This document shows, one piece after another, positions 62,167-64,000 of a DNA stretch of 64,000 nt (its first letter is position 1; each line of letters starts with the position of its first letter). A program made the translations under genes and the position numbers. Source of the DNA: Polaribacter sp. (GTDB lineage Bacteria; Bacteroidota; Bacteroidia; Flavobacteriales; Flavobacteriaceae); assembly GCA_034110665.1 (NCBI GenBank), contig JAWUYT010000038.1, positions 9,803 to 73,802 on the forward strand, given 5' to 3'. Below the pieces are notes generated by a model, which did no database searches, was not told the DNA's origin, and saw only the letters and a program-made list of their open reading frames with translations.

Positions 62167-62529
62167 AACTAATTTAAATATTTTTCTTGTTTTAAAACTT
62201 TTATCCTGATTAACATGCGTTCCTGTACTTTCTCTTTTAGCAATAAGCTGTATTTCCATTATTTGCCACAGATCTAGAAAAAATACAAATCAATAAAAAT
62301 AAGTTTTCCATGCAATAAATTCTGTTTTCAGAAACGATTCAAAAAACATTAAAATGAAATATCATGACATCCCTTTTTAAAAATAAAACTATTGGAAAAG
62401 CAATATTTCAATAGCAATTTGGAATACTTAAAATAGATGAGTGTAAAATTTTTTAGAATTTAAAATATAACTAAATAACATTTATTTAAGTCTATTTTTT
62501 AAACTATCTTATTTAAAACAAATTGAAGT

Positions 62530-62790
62530 TAAAAGGGAACTCATTGTTCTAATCTAAACAAGGAAAAAAAGAAATTTTAAATCTGTATGTCGAAAAATTA
62601 AAAGAGTTAAATATTGAATTTCTGTAAAACTATTGATATCAGATATTGGAAAACAAATATTATCGTCAGTGGAAAACCTTCAAACTCTCCAACACTATTA
62701 GTTCATGAATCTAATGGTTGCGCTTCCTATTGCTTTAGAAACTTACCAAAAAATTTAAAAAAAATTCCGAGTATTTTCGATTGATGTTCT
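62530..62790 (+). pseudogene. Alpha/beta-hydrolase N-terminal fragment
   Basis: SKQGKKEILNLY.EKLKELNI, KTNIIVSG..PTLLVHESNGCA and FRVFSIDV fragments, frameshifted and truncated. Confidence 0.6.
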
Positions 62791-62823
62791 CAATATTTCG
62801 TGAGTGGTTTTAATTTAAGGTAT

Positions 62824-62940
62824 TTAACTTGTTTCAACTTCTTGTAAAAATTCACAAGAACAATAATATCTCTCATCTAACTTTTCCCTACATTTAGGAC
62901 ATGTAAAAGGTTTTTTAGAGTTAATATCCAAATTTTCCAT
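62824..62940 (-). CDS. Candidate 38-aa Cys-rich microprotein
   Basis: MENLDINSKKPFTCPKCREKLDERYYCSCEFLQEVETS; CxxC-x9-CxC; A-rich start context. Confidence 0.4.
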   Translation of the reverse strand: MENLDINSKKPFTCPKCREKLDERYYCSCEFLQEVETS

Positions 62941-63709
62941 AATTTTAATCATTAATGATTTAGCAGTATTTTTAAAGAAGGATTACTCCTTTTTTATTTT
63001 TAGAAATGTTTCTAAATATCAAAAATTAAATTTATTTTATATTACAAATGCATTCAATAGGTAATTTTCTTAATTAATAAAATGAAATATCATATAGTTC
63101 TGGAAACATATTTATAATCCTAACAATAGTATTTGCCCAACCCAATAACAATTTGGTTATATCTATTTAGCAAGATTAAAACTCATTTTCTATTTTGTTA
63201 TCGCCTTGTGCAATGAGAAAAAAGTTACTTTTAAAAAGCTTATTAAATCTTTTGATATCTATTCGGATTTAGATTTGTCTTTTTGGCAGAGTAGTTATTC
63301 AATCCGTTTGGTGGTGATAGAGAATTTGTGAGTAAAGACTAGTTAGAGTTTTTAAAAAGAAATGAGATTAGATAATACCTTCATATCTGAAATAATTTTA
63401 AGGTATCTAAAGCGCAAAAAAAACATTTAAAATTATCGACATTATGGAAAGCACTAAATAGAATGTTTTTTTTATGACTTTACATAGATTGGTATATATA
63501 TATGATAATTCAAAATAAAAAATAGTATCTCATTTAAAAAATAATAAAAACATATAGAATTTAAACCTAACCAAAAAATTTAATAATGAAAATTGAAATA
63601 GAAAACGGAAAACATATTGGATATAAAATAGTTTAAAAAAAAGCTATTTGATTATAATTTTAGGTTTCCCCAGCGATTGTACACGCTTAAATTGCTATCT
63701 ATAAAAAGC

Positions 63710-63745
63710 AAAAACAGGTTAAGAAAGTTCTTAACCTGTTTTTTT
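63710..63745 (-). terminator. Intrinsic terminator of the T9SS cargo gene
   Basis: AAAAACAGGTTAAGAA-AG-TTCTTAACCTGTTTTT. Confidence 0.8.
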
Positions 63746-63782
63746 AATCTAATAAGTCCCCCAACTTATCAAAAAGCATTGT

Positions 63783-64000
63783 TTAATTACTCTTTTCAAC
63801 AATTATCTTTTTAGTAACTGCTTTATCCTTGGTAATTATTTTAACTACATAAATCCCAGAAGACAAATTATTACTTCCAATTCTAATCAGATTTCCAGAA
63901 TTATTTTCTTTAGAAATAGATTTACGTGCTATCAGCTTTCCTGCAGTATCAAAAAGATAGATCTCTGTTTCTACATTGAAAATCGCTAATTTTATATTAA
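63783..64000 (-). CDS. C-terminus of a protein with a T9SS type-A sorting domain (runs off window)
   Basis: Manual translation: ..IYLFDTAGKLI..NLSSGIYVVKI..VTKKIIVEKSN*. Confidence 0.88.
   Translation of the reverse strand, partial: NIKLAIFNVETEIYLFDTAGKLIARKSISKENNSGNLIRIGSNNLSSGIYVVKIITKDKAVTKKIIVEKSN

Overview
AT-rich Flavobacteriaceae (Polaribacter/Tenacibaculum-like) chromosomal window. It carries Bacteroidetes-type TAnnTTTG promoters and a T9SS cargo tail. Core content: lysA (5' end), parE-parC, guaC, a cobalamin riboswitch with btuB/btuG-like genes and a divergent btuF-like gene, pcrA, murA, grpE-dnaJ, rnpB, two different aconitases in tandem, HMG-CoA lyase, 5'-nucleotidase, a DEAD-box helicase, an ABC-F ATPase, oxyR/dps, hbd, pcm, a LytS/LytTR module, a tricorn-like S41 protease, tesA/ybbA/ybbP and marC. 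Several decayed genes are present: an IS200 relic, a TolB-TPR membrane protein with a VNTR, an AraC gene with an internal TAG, and oxidoreductase and hydrolase fragments. Best leads: (1) a SatD (nucleotidyl-cyclase-like palm + HTH) / DUF3307 membrane-protein pair whose promoter abuts three 22-bp palindromes at an exact 28-bp period; (2) an unannotated ~80-nt sRNA candidate between dnaJ and rnpB with an anti-start-codon tract; (3) one REP-like hairpin family embedded in both RNase P RNA and the B12 riboswitch; (4) LytTR-type direct repeats pointing to an uncharacterised lipoprotein; (5) an apparently inactivated NUMOD4-HNH-HTH gene next to a sigma54-type grpE promoter. All family assignments come from motif recognition by eye; no searches were run.
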